64,000 nucleotides of DNA from Eledone cirrhosa (GCA_964016885.1 OZ024741.1:212164001-212228000), one strand, 5' to 3'; positions 40,867-56,187 are shown, numbered from the stretch's first letter. Notes: generated from the letters alone by a model not told the origin. Program-made: numbers and translations.

Positions 40867-41630
40867 AAAACAGTCACACATATATATATATATATACATA
40901 TATATAAACACACACACATATATATACATATCTATATATAACGAAACACACATATTTATATATATATATACATACATATATATATATATATCATACTCCC
41001 TCCTTATCGCGTTCCTCTCCTCATTCATACTCCCTCTCTCTTTCCTTCCACCCCACTCCTTAACACTCCATCCTTCTCTCTCTACACTTTATTTCACTCA
41101 TCTCTCTCAATCTCCTCTCTTCCTTTTACTCTTTCTCTACCCTCCCTCACTCTCTTCCACTTTCTCTTTCTCTCTTACCTTTTACTTTTCTCTCCAATTC
41201 ACCTGCTCTTTTCCTTCACTTTCTCCATTTTCTCTCTGTCTCTCTCTGTCTCTCTCTGTCTCTCTCTGTCTCTCTCTCTTACACACACACACATTTCTTT
41301 TACACCCCCACCCTCTCATTCAAACACCCCCTCTCTTTCTCACTTTCTATATTAGGTTTTTCCTTTAACTTTCTCCCACCTTCCATCTCTCTCTCTCGTT
41401 CTGTCTTTCTATAATCGTTTATTTTTTGCATTTTTGTCACTTCTGCCCCCCACACACACACACACTCCTATGCCCCACTCTTACCCCTCCTTCTGTCCCC
41501 CTTCCCTTCAGTCCCCCTCCTTCTATTCCCCCCCCCATTCTGCCCTCTCCTTTATTTTAAAATTCGTAAATTCGTCGTCATTCTGAACGCAATTCCAAGC
41601 CGACATTGATTAAGTTTCTTAGAATTATTT

Positions 41631-41706
<76 letters not shown>

Positions 41707-41878
41707 TCTATCTATACCATTTCTCCATTTCTCTCTGTCTAGCCATCAATATTTCTCTTTCCTAACTCTTCTCTCACTCTCTATCCATTACTATGTTCTC
41801 TATCATGTCTCTCTCTCTCTCTTTATCTCTCTCTTTCTATCTCTAGTCATTTCTCTATTTCTCTCTCTAGCCGTCACC

Positions 41879-41924
<46 letters not shown>

Positions 41925-42019
41925 ATACCATTTCTCTATTTCTCTCTGTCTAGCCATCAATGTTTCTCTTTCCGAACTCTTCTCTCTCTCTCTCTCTACT
42001 CATTACTATTTTCTCTCTC

Positions 42020-42093
<74 letters not shown>

Positions 42094-42310
42094 ATCTCTC
42101 CTCTCTATCTATCTATAGTAATTTCTCTATTTCTCTCTCTAGCCGTCACCATTTTTCTCTCTCTATCTATCTATAACCATTTCTCTATTTCCCTCTGTCT
42201 AGCCATCAATATTTCTCTTTCCTAACTCTTCTCTCTCTCTTTATCTCTCTCTATCTATCTATCTCTAGCTCTCTAACCACTTCATTAACACAAGCAGAAG
42301 ATGTCTATCG

Positions 42311-42400
42311 GCTGCCAATCACGTCACGTGAACACCTTCCACCGTTTCTATAGCGACAACGCACAGCAGGCTTCAGCGTTCGTTCTTTCGTCAGGTATCA
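42311..42400 (+). promoter_or_regulatory. Candidate Pol II promoter (CCAAT, E-box/CRE, RFX X-box)
   Basis: CCAAT 42315, CACGTCACGTG 42320-42330, GTTTCTATAGCGAC 42344-42357, CAG|GTAT at 42394; CpG-rich unique islet between microsatellites. Confidence 0.4.
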
Positions 42401-42999
42401 CACAACAAGCGAACAAGAACTGCTAACGTGTGTGCGTGTATGTATGCGTGCCAGCGTGTGTCTGCGTACACGTGTGAGTGTGCGTGCATGCGTGCGTGCG
42501 TGCGTGTGTATATGTGTAGGAATGCGTGTATGCAAATATATGCATGTAGGTATGTGTCTATATATGCATATGCGCATGCGCGTATATGTGTATATATGCG
42601 TGTATGTATGTACGCATGTATGTGTGCATGTATGTTCGTATGCATGTATGAATGCAAATATGCATGTATGTATGCACGCATGCAAGTATGTATGTATGCA
42701 TGTATGCACATCTATCATATATATTGTACATGCATACATATGTACCTATGTAAGCATGTACATATATACGTATATATTTTTTATGCATGCACGTATATGT
42801 GTGATTTTATCGCTATGCATGTACGTATATCTATATATGTATATATATCTTTATGTATATATAGTAAGAACAAATTGAAAGGTGTCGATGCCAGGTGTAA
42901 CGTTACTATGTCGATGCCTCGTTTAATCTCCTGCACACCTTTAACTGCTGTATGTCTTATTCTACCTCCGACTTAATTACCTATGTGTCTCCTCCTATC

Positions 43000-44958
43000 T
43001 TCATGAAAATACCTGTGTATCACAAACTGCTCCTCTCTAAAATAATGCAGTCGTATTCTCCGTTGGTCATTAATACCTGGGTCTTAATCTATCTCCGTCA
43101 TAACTGAATATCACAATCGACTTCTCTCTAATATACTTCAGTCATATTCTTCCTTCGTCATAAACACCTGGGTCTTATTCTATCTCCGTCATAAATACCT
43201 GTGTATCATAATCTAATCTACTTCTCTAATACACTTCAGACTTATTCCTTCGTCATAAATACCTGAATATTATTCTATCTCCGTCATAAATAACTGAATA
43301 TCACAATCTACTCCTCTAATATACTGCTGTCTTATTCTTTCGTCATAAATAGCTGGGTCTTATTCTATCTCCGTCTTAAATAACTGTGTATCACAATCTA
43401 TTTCTCTAATATACTTCAGTCTTATTCTTCCTTCGTCATAAACACCTGGGACTTCTTCTATCTCCGTCATAAATACCTGTGTATCATAATTTTATGTACT
43501 TCTCTAATATACTTCAGTCTTACTCTTTCTTCGTCATAAATACCTGAATCTTATTCTATCTCCGTCATAAATACTTATGTCTTATTATATCTCCGTCTTA
43601 AATAATTGAATATCACAATCTACTTCTCTCTAAAATACTACAGTCTTATTATGCTTTCGTCATAAATACCTGAGTCTTAATCTACCTCCATCATAAATAA
43701 ATGAGTATCATATTTTAACTCCGTCAGAAATACCTTTGTTTTATATCATTCCATCTCCGTCTGACATACCTGTGTACCTCAGCCAAAATCCATTCTTAAA
43801 TATCAATTTACCTCATTCCACCTCCTTCATGAATACCTGAATATTACTCTATATCCGTCTTAAATACCTGAGTCTTATTCTACCTCTGTCTTAAATACAT
43901 GGCTTTTATTCGACCTCCATTTAAAATGCCTGTGTCTTATTACCTGACCCTTACCCTACCTCTACTTTAAATACCCAAGCCTTACTCTATCTCTGTCTTG
44001 GGTACTTGAAATACCCGAGTCTTATTTATTCACTGGCTTAAATACCTGACTTTTATTCTACCCCGTCATAAATACTTGATACTAATTCTACCTCTGTCTT
44101 ATATGGTTGTGATTTATTCTACCTTCATCTTAAATACTTCACTCATTCTAACCCCATCTATCTGACCTGAGTCTTATTCTGGCCCGTCTTAAATACCTGG
44201 GACTAATCTCACCTCTGTTTTACATGGTTGTGACTTATTCTACCTCCGTCTTTAATACGACATTTATTCTATATCTGTCTTAAATATCTGACTCTCATTT
44301 TACCTCCGTCTTAAATACGTGAATTTTATTCTACCCCGTCTTAAATACGTGAGTTTTGTTCTACATCTGTCTTAAATACGTGAGTTTTATTCTACCCCTG
44401 TCTTAAATACCTGTGACTTATTCTACCTTCGTCTTAAATACATGAGAATTATTATACCTCCGTCTTAAATACATGATAATTATACCTCCGCCTGAAATAC
44501 CTGGGTCTTATTCTACCTCTTCCTTAAATGCCCCCGTCTTAAATAAATCTTATTCTACCTCTGTTTCACATATCTGAGTCTTATTACACCTCCGTCATAA
44601 ATACTCCCGTCTTAAATGAGTCTTATTCTACCTCCGTCTTAAATACCTAGGTCATAGTACACCTCCGTCTTAAATGAATCTTATTCTACCCCCGTCTTAA
44701 ATACCCCTGTCTTAAACACCTCCATCTTAAACTCCTCCGCCTTAAGCACCTCCGTCTTAAACTCCTCCGTCTTAAACACCTCCACCTTAAACACCTCCGT
44801 CTTAAACACCTCCGTCTTAAACACCTCCGTCTTAAATACCTCCGTCTTAAACACCTCCGTCTTAAACACCTCCGTCTTAAATACCTCCGTCTTAAACACC
44901 TCCGTCTTAAACACCTCCGTCTTAAACACCTCCGTCTTAAATACCTCTGTATTAAACA
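43000..44958. repeat. Degenerate ~30-bp minisatellite grading into a homogeneous 15-bp array
   Basis: TCTTATTCTACCTCCGTCTTAAATACCTGAG units; CCTCCGTCTTAAACA x~17 at 44690-44958. Confidence 0.9.
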
Positions 44959-45289
44959 CATGATACTCTATCCCCTCCTCTCTAGTTAAAGGAGAATTCA
45001 ACTAATGCATACCTACATTACACATACACACACACAAAGACACATATATGCACATACATATACCCGGCACACTTACGCAAACACACACACGGATTTAGAT
45101 ACACACAGACGCAGACACATACACACACAACCGTACAACAATAGTTACACACGCACACTCAAAGACTGACGCACACACAGACATATACACTCACAGTTAA
45201 ACACACATTCACACAGACACACACTCATATTTGCAAACACACTCACACAAAGTTAAATATACAGTCACTTACACGAATACACAGACACA

Positions 45290-45810
45290 GACACTAACAC
45301 AAACACACTGACACCTACATTCACACGAAGATACACACACACAAACACACTGACACTTACATTCACACGAATATACACACACACACACAAATACACTGAC
45401 ACCTACATTCACACGAAGATACACACACACACACAAACACACTGACACCTACATTCACACGAATATACACACACACAAACACACTGACACATAGATACAC
45501 ACACACACAAACACACTGACACCTATATTCACACGAAGATACACACACACAAACACACTGACACATAGATACACACACAAACACACTGACACCTACATAC
45601 AAACGAAGATACACACACACAAACACACTGGCACATAGATACACACACACACACACACAAACACCTACATTCACACGAAGATACACACACAGAAACACGC
45701 TGACACATAGATACACACACACACACACACAAACACACAGACACCTACATTCACACGAATATACACACACAGACACACGCTGACACATAGATACACACAC
45801 ACACAAACAC
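45290..45810. repeat. CA-rich compound minisatellite
   Basis: ACACTGACACCTACATTCACACGAAGATACAC units with variable CA runs. Confidence 0.85.
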
Positions 45811-46262
45811 AGTCATATTTCCATAAACAGTGACACACGTTTTTACACAGGCATTCATTTGCACACACACACTTACACAAGCACACACACAGATAAACCT
45901 GGGCATAAGACACACCCCATTCACAAATAAGTGTATGTCAACGAACGCACAACCACACTGAAACATATAAACATACAGATACACACATTTACATAGGAGT
46001 ACAACACACGCCTACACACATCACCACATCCACACACAGATACAAACAATTTACAGATACACATATCTACACATAAACATAAATATACAAATTCACATAA
46101 ATACATAACTATTCAGATATACACACATACATATACAAAGATAAAGACACACACATACACACATAGGAAGTGTAGGGCAGGATCATTCACCTGTAATGCG
46201 CACACGCACACAGACACATTTACACGCGTTTTACACATACATGATTATACATGGTCATAGAG

Positions 46263-46371
<109 letters not shown>

Positions 46372-46561
46372 CATATATATATATATATATATCTTTCATA
46401 GTTTACCAATACAGTTATCTGCCTATCTATCCACATTTCTTACTGTCTATCTGCCTATCTATGTACAAGACTAACTCTCTATACCGTCTCTCTCTCCCTC
46501 TCTCTCGCCCTCTCTCTATCTCTCTGCCATCTATTTATCTCTCTCTCTCTCTAGCATCTAT

Positions 46562-46597
<36 letters not shown>

Positions 46598-46932
46598 CTA
46601 TACCGCATATTTCTCTCTCTCTCGCTCTCTCTCACTATACCATCTATTTATCTCTCTCTCTATATATATATACCATCTATTTACCTCTCTCTCTATATAT
46701 ACATACAGTCTATTTATCTGTCTCTCTCCCTCTCTCTATCTCTGTACCATCTATTTATCTCTCTCATATACCGTATATATCTCTCTCTCCCACTATACCA
46801 TCTATTTATCTCTCTCTCTATATCTATATACCATCTATTTATCTCTCTATATATATACATACAGTCTATTTATCTGTCTCCCTCTCTCCCTCTCTCCCCC
46901 TCTCTCTCTACCGTCTATTTATATATCATACA

Positions 46933-47592
46933 CTAGCAGTAAAGCCCGGTGTTGCTCGGGGTCGCTCAGTAGCTGTGTTAAAGTTACAATGTTAAGTTTC
47001 TTTTTTGGCTTAAAGTCTGTCTGCACGACTGTCTGTCTGCACGCCTAACGAAATTTACAGATACATATATTTTAAATAAACTTATATAATTTTTGCTTTT
47101 TTTTACGAAATATTTGCTTGTTTTACGTAGTCTTTAAATAGACTTGTTTTCAAGTAAAAATATTGTTTTAAAAGGCTTTTAAATGGAAATGAAGCAAAAC
47201 GGAAGCTTAGTGTTGGAAGTGATGAATTTTGCAGGTCAAAATTTTGCTGGCTCGACAACTGTTCGTGTATTGTGTTAATGTCATTTTAAACGCTGAGAAA
47301 GCCAGCGTAATTTTTTTAATTTTTGCACGCAGAAAATGTAAACAGAACGTAAGACGCTCACTGTAAACAGAACAAAGGGAAATAACTCGTCACTTACGCT
47401 CAAAAATCGATACATTAGATTCGATTTCGTCACATAGGGTGGGTCAACTTGAAATATTTTTTTTCCGATGTCTTCGCTAGGGCTCAATGTACAAGTATAG
47501 CAATTTCGGTGCAATTCCGTCAGAGATTCTAAGAGGAGATGTGTGCCAAAAATCGATAGACAGACAGACAACCACAGCTTTATATATATAGA
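46933..47592 (-). mobile_element. Non-autonomous Helitron
   Basis: Minus strand A|TCTATATATATAAAG...GTCTGTCT microsatellite ... hairpin CCCGAGCAACACCGGG ... CTAG|T. Confidence 0.75.
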
Positions 47593-47880
47593 TATATATA
47601 TATGTGTATGTGTGTATGTGTGTGTATGGATGTGTGTGTGTGTGTGTCTGTATGTATATAGGTGTATGCATATGTGTGCGTGTGTGTGAATATCTGACAA
47701 TCTTTATCGCGCACCCTCTTTGTCTTGCTTTACCTGTCTATCTCTCACTCTGTGACTATTTACCTATCTATCTACCCTATTTATCTACACAACTCTATCA
47801 GTCTAACTGTATGTCTATATATCTACCAATCTATCAGTCTATGTGTCTGACTATCCATCTTTATATCTATCTACCTACCT

Positions 47881-48703
47881 TGTATGGTGGACGCGTCTGA
47901 GAGGACTGAGGTCAGACACCTTTCTCTCTGGCCAACAACTGGTCCGTTTCTTCCGATATCATTTCGGAAGAAGGCTCAGGATGGAGAGAGAGGTGCTGCA
48001 CCCCAGCCGTTTTTATGAAAGATGGGGGAAAGTGGCGAGAATGGCCCGTGTCAATGGGCCTTCCCTCGACATCAGACTATAGGTGAGGAAGATGAAAGAT
48101 CAAGAGAGCACCCCCTCTCTGTGCTCCTGAGGAGAATAGGGTTGCACACTTTTTTTCGGGGGTGTGTGCGACCCCCCAAGGCGCCTCCTCCCTATTGAGG
48201 ATTTTGTTATTAAATTTATTTTTGTTATATTTTATTTTTATATCTTGTTATTGCCTCCTCCTTATTGAGGACGCCTTTTTATGTAAACTCTCCCCTTGTA
48301 CTTGTCCCACTTTTTGATGCCCTGGTGGCAAATAAAAATAAAGTTATCTATGGAAGAATAATGAGGATGGAGAGAGAGGTGCTGTACCCCAGCAAGTTTT
48401 ATGAAAGGTGGGTGAAAGTGGCAAGAATGGCCCGAGTGACTGGGCCTTCTCTCTATATCAGCCTGTAGGCTGAGGAAAAAGAGGAAGAGAGGAAAGGGGT
48501 ACAAACTCTTCGTACTCCTGGAGATGAGGGTTGCACATTTTTTCGGGGGTATGTGTTACCCATATGTAATGTCTCCCCCTATTGGGGAAAATCGATTAAT
48601 TTTTAAATTGCATTTGTGATAATATTTTACACGTTTTTATTGTATGTAAACTTCCCCCTTTGTATTTGTCCCCTTCTTTTGTGCCCCTGTGGCTAATAAA
48701 TAA
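47881..48703 (+). mobile_element. Two tandem 3' ends of an L1/Tx1-like LINE
   Basis: VWWTRLRG...RLRMEREVLHPSRFYERWGKVARM* followed by a UTR with AATAAA; repeated from 48350; flanked by (CTAT)n. Confidence 0.65.
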
Positions 48704-48921
48704 ACATATCTATCTTAGTCTGTCTGTCTATCCATCTTTATATCTATTTACCTACCCATTTATTTACACAACTATCCATCTCCCTATTTATCTGTCTATC
48801 CACTTATATATCTATCTATCAACCTACCTATCTATATGTCAATCCATCTTTCTATCTATCTATCCAACCATGAATCTATCTAACCAAAAATCGATATATA
48901 AATATATATGTATATATATAT

Positions 48922-49300
48922 ATAACGAAGGAAATGTGGTAAGGAACCAGATGGACCATAAGGCACCAGAGTACTCAATACTTAGGGTAGTAGAGCGGGT
49001 AATAGGTAGAAATATGACCCCGACGGCAGAGCTCCAGCCGTCGAAACGGCTTGAGCTCTGCCGTCGGGGTCATACTTCTTCCTATATATATATATATATA
49101 TATATATAACGAAGGAAATGTGGTAAGGAACCAGGTGGACCATAACGCACAAGAGTACTCAATACTTAGGGTAGTAGAGTGGGTAATAGGAACGAGTAGG
49201 ACCCCGACGGCTGAGCTCAAGCCGTTTCGACGGCTAATTCTGGACGTCCAGAATTAGCCGTCGAAACGGCCTGAGCTCAGCCGTCGGGGTCCTACTCGTT

Positions 49301-49304
<4 letters not shown>
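48922..49304. mobile_element. Two family D foldback elements separated by (TA)n
   Basis: AACGAAGGAAATGTGGTAAGGAACCAG at 48923 and 49108; ~60 bp arms centred on GGACGTCC (about 49245). Confidence 0.85.
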
Positions 49305-49338
<34 letters not shown>

Positions 49339-49677
49339 ATCTACCTACCTATCTTTCTGTCTAACTATCTTTCTATCTTTCTCTCTATCTACCCATCAAT
49401 ATATTTATCTGTCTATCACCAAACTATATCAATTTGTGTTGTCTTAGTATTCAATTTATTAGTTTCTATGACAACGCAGGTAGAAATGAAGAAAAAAATG
49501 AGAGATAAAACTAAAATTAACTCCGACAAAATAAAACTATATGAGTAGAAAGTATCAATAAAGAATGAGAGGTAAATATATATTAAAGTGAATGTTGTGT
49601 AATGTAGTGTATCAGTATATACATACATGTATAGAATCACATAGATGAATACATAAGTGGGTATGAAGTTGTGTGTG

Positions 49678-49751
<74 letters not shown>

Positions 49752-49837
49752 TCTGAGTATACAGACAGACATATACATACAAGTATGCATATACTTACAT
49801 ATATATGTATACAAATATATATATATTCACACATGTT

Positions 49838-49878
<41 letters not shown>

Positions 49879-49941
49879 TTGTGTGTGTGTGCATATCTAT
49901 ACATATATGTATTAAGGATAAGTATATTCATTTCTCTCTCT

Positions 49942-49981
<40 letters not shown>

Positions 49982-50099
49982 TAAGAGAGAGAGAGGAAGA
50001 TAGAGAGAGGGAGAGAGAGAGTGTGAGAATGACAGAAGGTGAGACAAAGCGAGAACGAGAGAAAGAGAGAATGAGAGAAATCTAGAGAAAGCGAGAGAA

Positions 50100-50161
<62 letters not shown>

Positions 50162-50194
50162 GGGGAGAGAGAGGAATCTAGAGAAAGCGAGTGT

Positions 50195-50228
<34 letters not shown>

Positions 50229-50532
50229 GAGAGAGGGGGGAGAGAGAAATCTAGAGAAAGCGAGTGAGAGAGAGAGAGAGAAAGCGACAGTGAGCTACCG
50301 AGAGAGGGAGGAAGCGACAGTGAGCTACAGAGAGAGAGAGAGAGATAGAGAGAGGGTGGAGGTGAAGAGATTTATATCGTGAATTTCTCACAAGTTCTCC
50401 CTCTATCCAGAAATATCTATTTACTTCGATGTTGACAAGATATTAAAAAAACAATATGACACGTTAGACACCGAATAACACTAATAGTTTAACGGATATA
50501 TATATATATATATGTGTGTGTGTGTATACATA

Positions 50533-50580
<48 letters not shown>

Positions 50581-50595
50581 TATGTGTGTGTGTGT

Positions 50596-50632
<37 letters not shown>

Positions 50633-50768
50633 TATAAATGTTTATATATATATATACACAGACATATAAATGTCTATATATATATATATATGTGTGTGTG
50701 CGTGTGTGTGTGTACATATATATATATACACACACACATATATATATAAATATTTATATATATATATG

Positions 50769-50869
<101 letters not shown>

Positions 50870-50904
50870 ATATATGTGTGTGCGTGCGCATTTATATACA
50901 ATAC

Positions 50905-51190
50905 ATACATTTTGGTTTTGAATTTGTTTAACAAGATTTTTGTTATCAGAAAACGTCTGTTGAAATAGATATTGTTATAATTTGGGAGGGGGAGGGGTCA
51001 TACTGCCAATAACAAATACGCACCTGTTGGGTTTCACTTCAATTTATTATAATTTCCCCGTCGGTTAATAACCGGATAATTGCTGCATTGTTGATTGTAA
51101 ACGCTCTTTCGTCGCACATTCTATGACCTTCTCAGTAACAACATGTCTTCTTATTTTATGTCTCTCCTTCGTTTTGTTTCACACCGACTT
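50905..51190 (-). mobile_element. Old family A-related pLTR copy
   Basis: Collinear with 4713-4990. Confidence 0.7.
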
Positions 51191-51857
51191 GTTTTTGTGA
51201 GACAGGTGAAGACTGATGTCTGATGATCCGGCGTAGGCACATGTGAAACTGTAGAACAGGCATAGGCAACTTTTTCGAGAAGCGGGCTGCATGAGGTATG
51301 GCTTATCATCAGGCTAATTTACATTCGTGTAAGCGCTAATTTACATTCGTGCCCATTTAAAAAAAAAGGGGGTTTATTTGTTTCTTCAGAATCAATACAC
51401 GTTTGTTTTCCTGGATCATAAAAATGATAGAAAGATATTTTACGACTGAAAAGCTGGGGTAAAAAAATTCAGAAAGATTTCACTTAGGTGACTAAGGCGA
51501 GCCATTCGGAAATTTCGCGGGCCGCAAGCGGCCCATGACTGATCTAGATTAACAGGACTCACTATCTGGTCTGGCCATAGGAATTGAATATTTAAACTAC
51601 TTCAATATTGAGTACTCATCTTCCTCTTCCGTCAACAATGATACATACAGATACATATATATATATTTGCGACACAAACCACAAACCCTCCATCTCAATT
51701 CTACTTTTGAAAAGCATCAGAAATGTGTAACCGGTAAAGAAAATAAGTAAATACTCTTAAAAAGACTCCAGTTAGATTTTCGATTTCTTTTCCTTATACC
51801 CGTGAAGGACATCTGGTTTTTTTATTTAAAAAAAAACTCATTATTTTCTTTTATATA

Positions 51858-51902
<45 letters not shown>

Positions 51903-53431
51903 GTGTGAATAATGGTAGCTATGGTACTTCCATAGGCGGTATGCCAAAATTAACACTCAATATTCATACAGAGCAGAGTGTGAATAGTATTTAAAAAAAA
52001 CGAAAAATCAGTGATGCATCTGGACTCAGTATAAGCACTCGATGCACATAGAGCAGAGTATGATATCACAGAAAATCTGCTTCGTAGAAACAGGACGTAT
52101 CTGGGGACCTTGCGATTTTCAGAGTCAGGTTCGATCATCACATCTGGTCGCCAGAGAAACGATTGTAATATGTCAAATAAATTTTCATTCGTCGCAACAC
52201 TGATTCTCTTTTTTTCTGTGATATATATATATATATATATTTTATCATTTATTTTGTTTTGACCTGTTTAGCATGATTTGGTTTTGGGCTTGGGTGGTTA
52301 ATGCCTTCTTGACCATCTTTTCAGTTTTGTATGGCTTCTTAACACATTGTTTAGCTCTGGTTTTTAACTATTGAGCACTTTGCCAGTATCATTTCTGATT
52401 TTTGCGTTTCACTTCGCTTTTCCTGACCGCCGAAATGTAATTCTCCCTGAATTTTTATTTATATACATATATATATATATATATGTAGATAAATCTACCA
52501 AAAGTTTACGGTAGTGTCCAATCCGTATGAAGAACTCAATGTAATCCGGATATCATGGAAAGAAGAGATGCATTCAAAAATCACTTTCGGGGAAAGATAA
52601 ACGGAATACAGAGTCAAGATAAAATATTAAAAAAATAATGAATAAAACAATGAAACAGTTCCTTATATTAAACAAAAAAAGTTCATTATTTAACGATCGT
52701 TTCTAGGACATATATGTGTTAGAATTGGCATGCATATTCAAAAGATCTATGTACAAAATTATACAAACTATCAAAGAGAATATACATACCATCACATATA
52801 TATGCTGTCTTCAGAAATAATGAAGTATATTTATTGATAATAACAACAATTCAAAATTACAGGTCTGTTTGGGAACAGATTTTAAATAGACCAATGAAAT
52901 ACATAAAAATTCATCAAGAAAATACAGTTAGGTGTGTGTATATATGTAAGTAACTTCGTTCACAGATATGCATAAAAATGTATGTTCACATGCATACGCA
53001 TGTCGAAAAAGTGTATGTAAATATAAAAATTCAGGGCTAATGTCTCTGTATGTTTATAATCCACAGACAAAATATACATACATATACATATATATATACA
53101 CACATATATACACACATATACATACATTCATACACACACACACGCATATATACATAAACACACACATACCTACGAACACACACATATATACACACACACA
53201 CACACATACGTATATATTATTATTATAACTATATGGATATTGAGGCGCACACATAAACACGGCCACACACACTTACATCTAGATGCAGAATTAAAAGGAG
53301 GTAAGGGAGTAAGTAATTAAGGAGGGTGTCAGACTCAGCATATTTATAAAAATGTATCTATAAATTTAGAAATAAAAAGAAATATAATAAAAGAAATATA
53401 CAAGTAAAACATACTCATACATATAAATACA

Positions 53432-53535
<104 letters not shown>

Positions 53536-53778
53536 CACATACGCACAACACACATATATATACATATATGTACACACACATACACACACATACATATATA
53601 TATACATATATATACATATATATATACACACATATATATACACACATATATATATACACACACACACATACATATACGTATATATACATACACACACATA
53701 CCCATGTATATATACACACAACCACACACTCACACACACTCAGACATACATAAATATAGAGACATACATACACACATA

Positions 53779-53850
<72 letters not shown>

Positions 53851-53944
53851 AAATAAATACACACAGTCAGACAATTATGCACATATATACACATACATAC
53901 ACACATCTCTACAAATACATATACATACACATACATACATACAC

Positions 53945-54034
<90 letters not shown>

Positions 54035-54299
54035 TCATACACACTTATTTACATGCGCACATATGTATTCTTTTACTCACATAAAAACACACAAACATAC
54101 ATACATACTTACATACACATACATACATCCACGCTTACAAATACGAAAAATTATGGGGGGGGGAGGGGGATTAAAATTATTAGTGGGAAATAGTAACTAT
54201 AGGTTTCAAGGAACATAGAATATTAATCTGCATTTAAATCATAATATGTGTTTACATAGTAGTGTCAGTATTAGGAAATGGTATTTGTAAGAAAGAAGG

Positions 54300-55170
54300 C
54301 TAAATTATGCATTTTAATATAAGTAGACTATTAATTATAGGTTAATTAAAGTAAAAATAGTTAATATATTAATTTCTAAGGTGTATACTACTTAGGTTTA
54401 TAATATTTAAAGCGGAATTTTGAAGTTAAACAGTAGTAGAGTATTAATTATAGCATAACTAAATTAAAAATATTAACATGATGGTATCAATTTTAGGAAA
54501 TGAATTTTGTAATAGGGAAAGCCAAATCAAGTATTTCATCGGTAGTAGAATATTAATTATAGGTTAACTAAAAATTATATATTAATTTCTATAGTATATG
54601 TTAATTAGGTTTATAATAATTAAAGCAAATTTTGTATTTTATCTATAGTAGAATACAATTATAGGTTAACTAAATTAAAATTAATCTATATATTTATTTG
54701 TAAAGAATATATTAATTAGGTATATATTTAAAAGTTTTTCTCAGTTTATGATTACATGATATTCTGCAATCCATCTGTATTAGAATTTTAATTTTAAGCT
54801 AACTAAATTAAAATTATAGGTTAACTAAATTAAAATTAATTTATAAATTAATTTCTAAATTGTATATTAATTAGGTTTATAATATTAAAAAGTATTTCTC
54901 TGTTATTGATTACACGATATTTTGTTATATTTCATCTGTAAAGGAATTTTAATAAAAGGTTAAATAAACAAAAATTAATCTATATATTAATTTCCAAAGT
55001 ATATATTAATTATGTTAATAATATTTAAAAGTTTTTCACAGTTTATGATTACACGATATTTTTTAATTTCATCTGTAGTAGAATTTTAATTAAATTAAAA
55101 TTATAGGTTAACTACACTTAACTAAATTTAAATTTAAGTTTAAATTATAGGTTAACTACAGTTAACTAAA
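54300..55170. repeat. AT-rich degenerate ~120 bp repeats
   Basis: Recurring TTATAGGTTAACTAAATTAAAA and TTAGGTTTATAAT motifs. Confidence 0.7.
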
Positions 55171-55710
55171 TTTATAGATACATTTTTATAAATATGCTGA
55201 GTCTGACACCCTCCTTAATTACTTACTCCCTTACCTCCTTTTAATTCTGCATCTAGATGTAAGTGTGTGTGGCCGTGTTTATGTGTGCGCCTCAATATCC
55301 ATATAGTTATAATAATAATATATACGTATGTGTGTGTGTGTGTGTATATATATGTGTGTGTGTGTTCGTAGGTATGTGTGTGTTTATGTATATATGCGTG
55401 TGTGTGTATGAATGTATGTATATGTGTGTATATATGTGTGTATATATATATGTATATGTATGTATATTTCGTCATACTCTGTCATACAGAGACATTAGCC
55501 CTGAATTTTTATATTAACATACACTTTTTCGACATGCCTATGCATCTGAACATACATTTTTATGCATATCTGTGAACGAAGTTACTTACATATATACACA
55601 CACCTAACTGTATTTTCTTGATGAATTTTTATGTATTTCATTGGTCTATTTAAAATCTGTTCCCAAACAGACCTGTAATTTTGAATTGTTGTTATTATCA
55701 ATAAATATAC

Positions 55711-55853
55711 TTCATTATTTCTGAAGACAGCATATATATGTGATGGTATGTATATTCTCTTTGATAGTTTGTATAATTTTGTACATAGATCTTTTGAATA
55801 TGCATGCCAATTCTAACACATATATGTCCTAGAAACGATCGTTAAATAATGAA
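55711..55853 (+). ncRNA. Hammerhead ribozyme with 104-nt stem II (mirror copy 52682-52824 minus)
   Basis: TTCATTATTT-CTGAAGA-[..CATATATATGTG...CACATATATG..]-GAAA-CGATCG-TT-AAATAATGAA; perfect 10-bp stem I. Confidence 0.85.
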
Positions 55854-56106
55854 CTTTTTTTGTTTAATATAAGGAACTGTTTCATTGTTTTATTCATTAT
55901 TTTTTTTATATTTTATATATATATATAGTTTTTAAAGAATTTCCTTTTCTTTAAATCCATCAACCAATGAACTCCACCCATCCCAATTACCACCCTCTCC
56001 CACCACCAGAAAGGGTATATATACGATCACATTACTTGAACAGTCGGCTTCCTGATGATTTCTTGCGAATGAAACAGTTCTAGTCCCGTATTAGTCATTT
56101 CTATAT

Positions 56107-56187
<81 letters not shown>

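Noticed and set aside
44681-45001. ORFs with (TEVFK)n or protamine-like (RRRCL)n repeats
   Set aside because: They are translations of the 15-bp minisatellite; no gene context.
51213-51270. CTGATGA...GAAA-CTGT/ACAG HHR-like motif
   Set aside because: The cleavage position reads GC instead of UH and stems I/II are poor; at best a dead relic.
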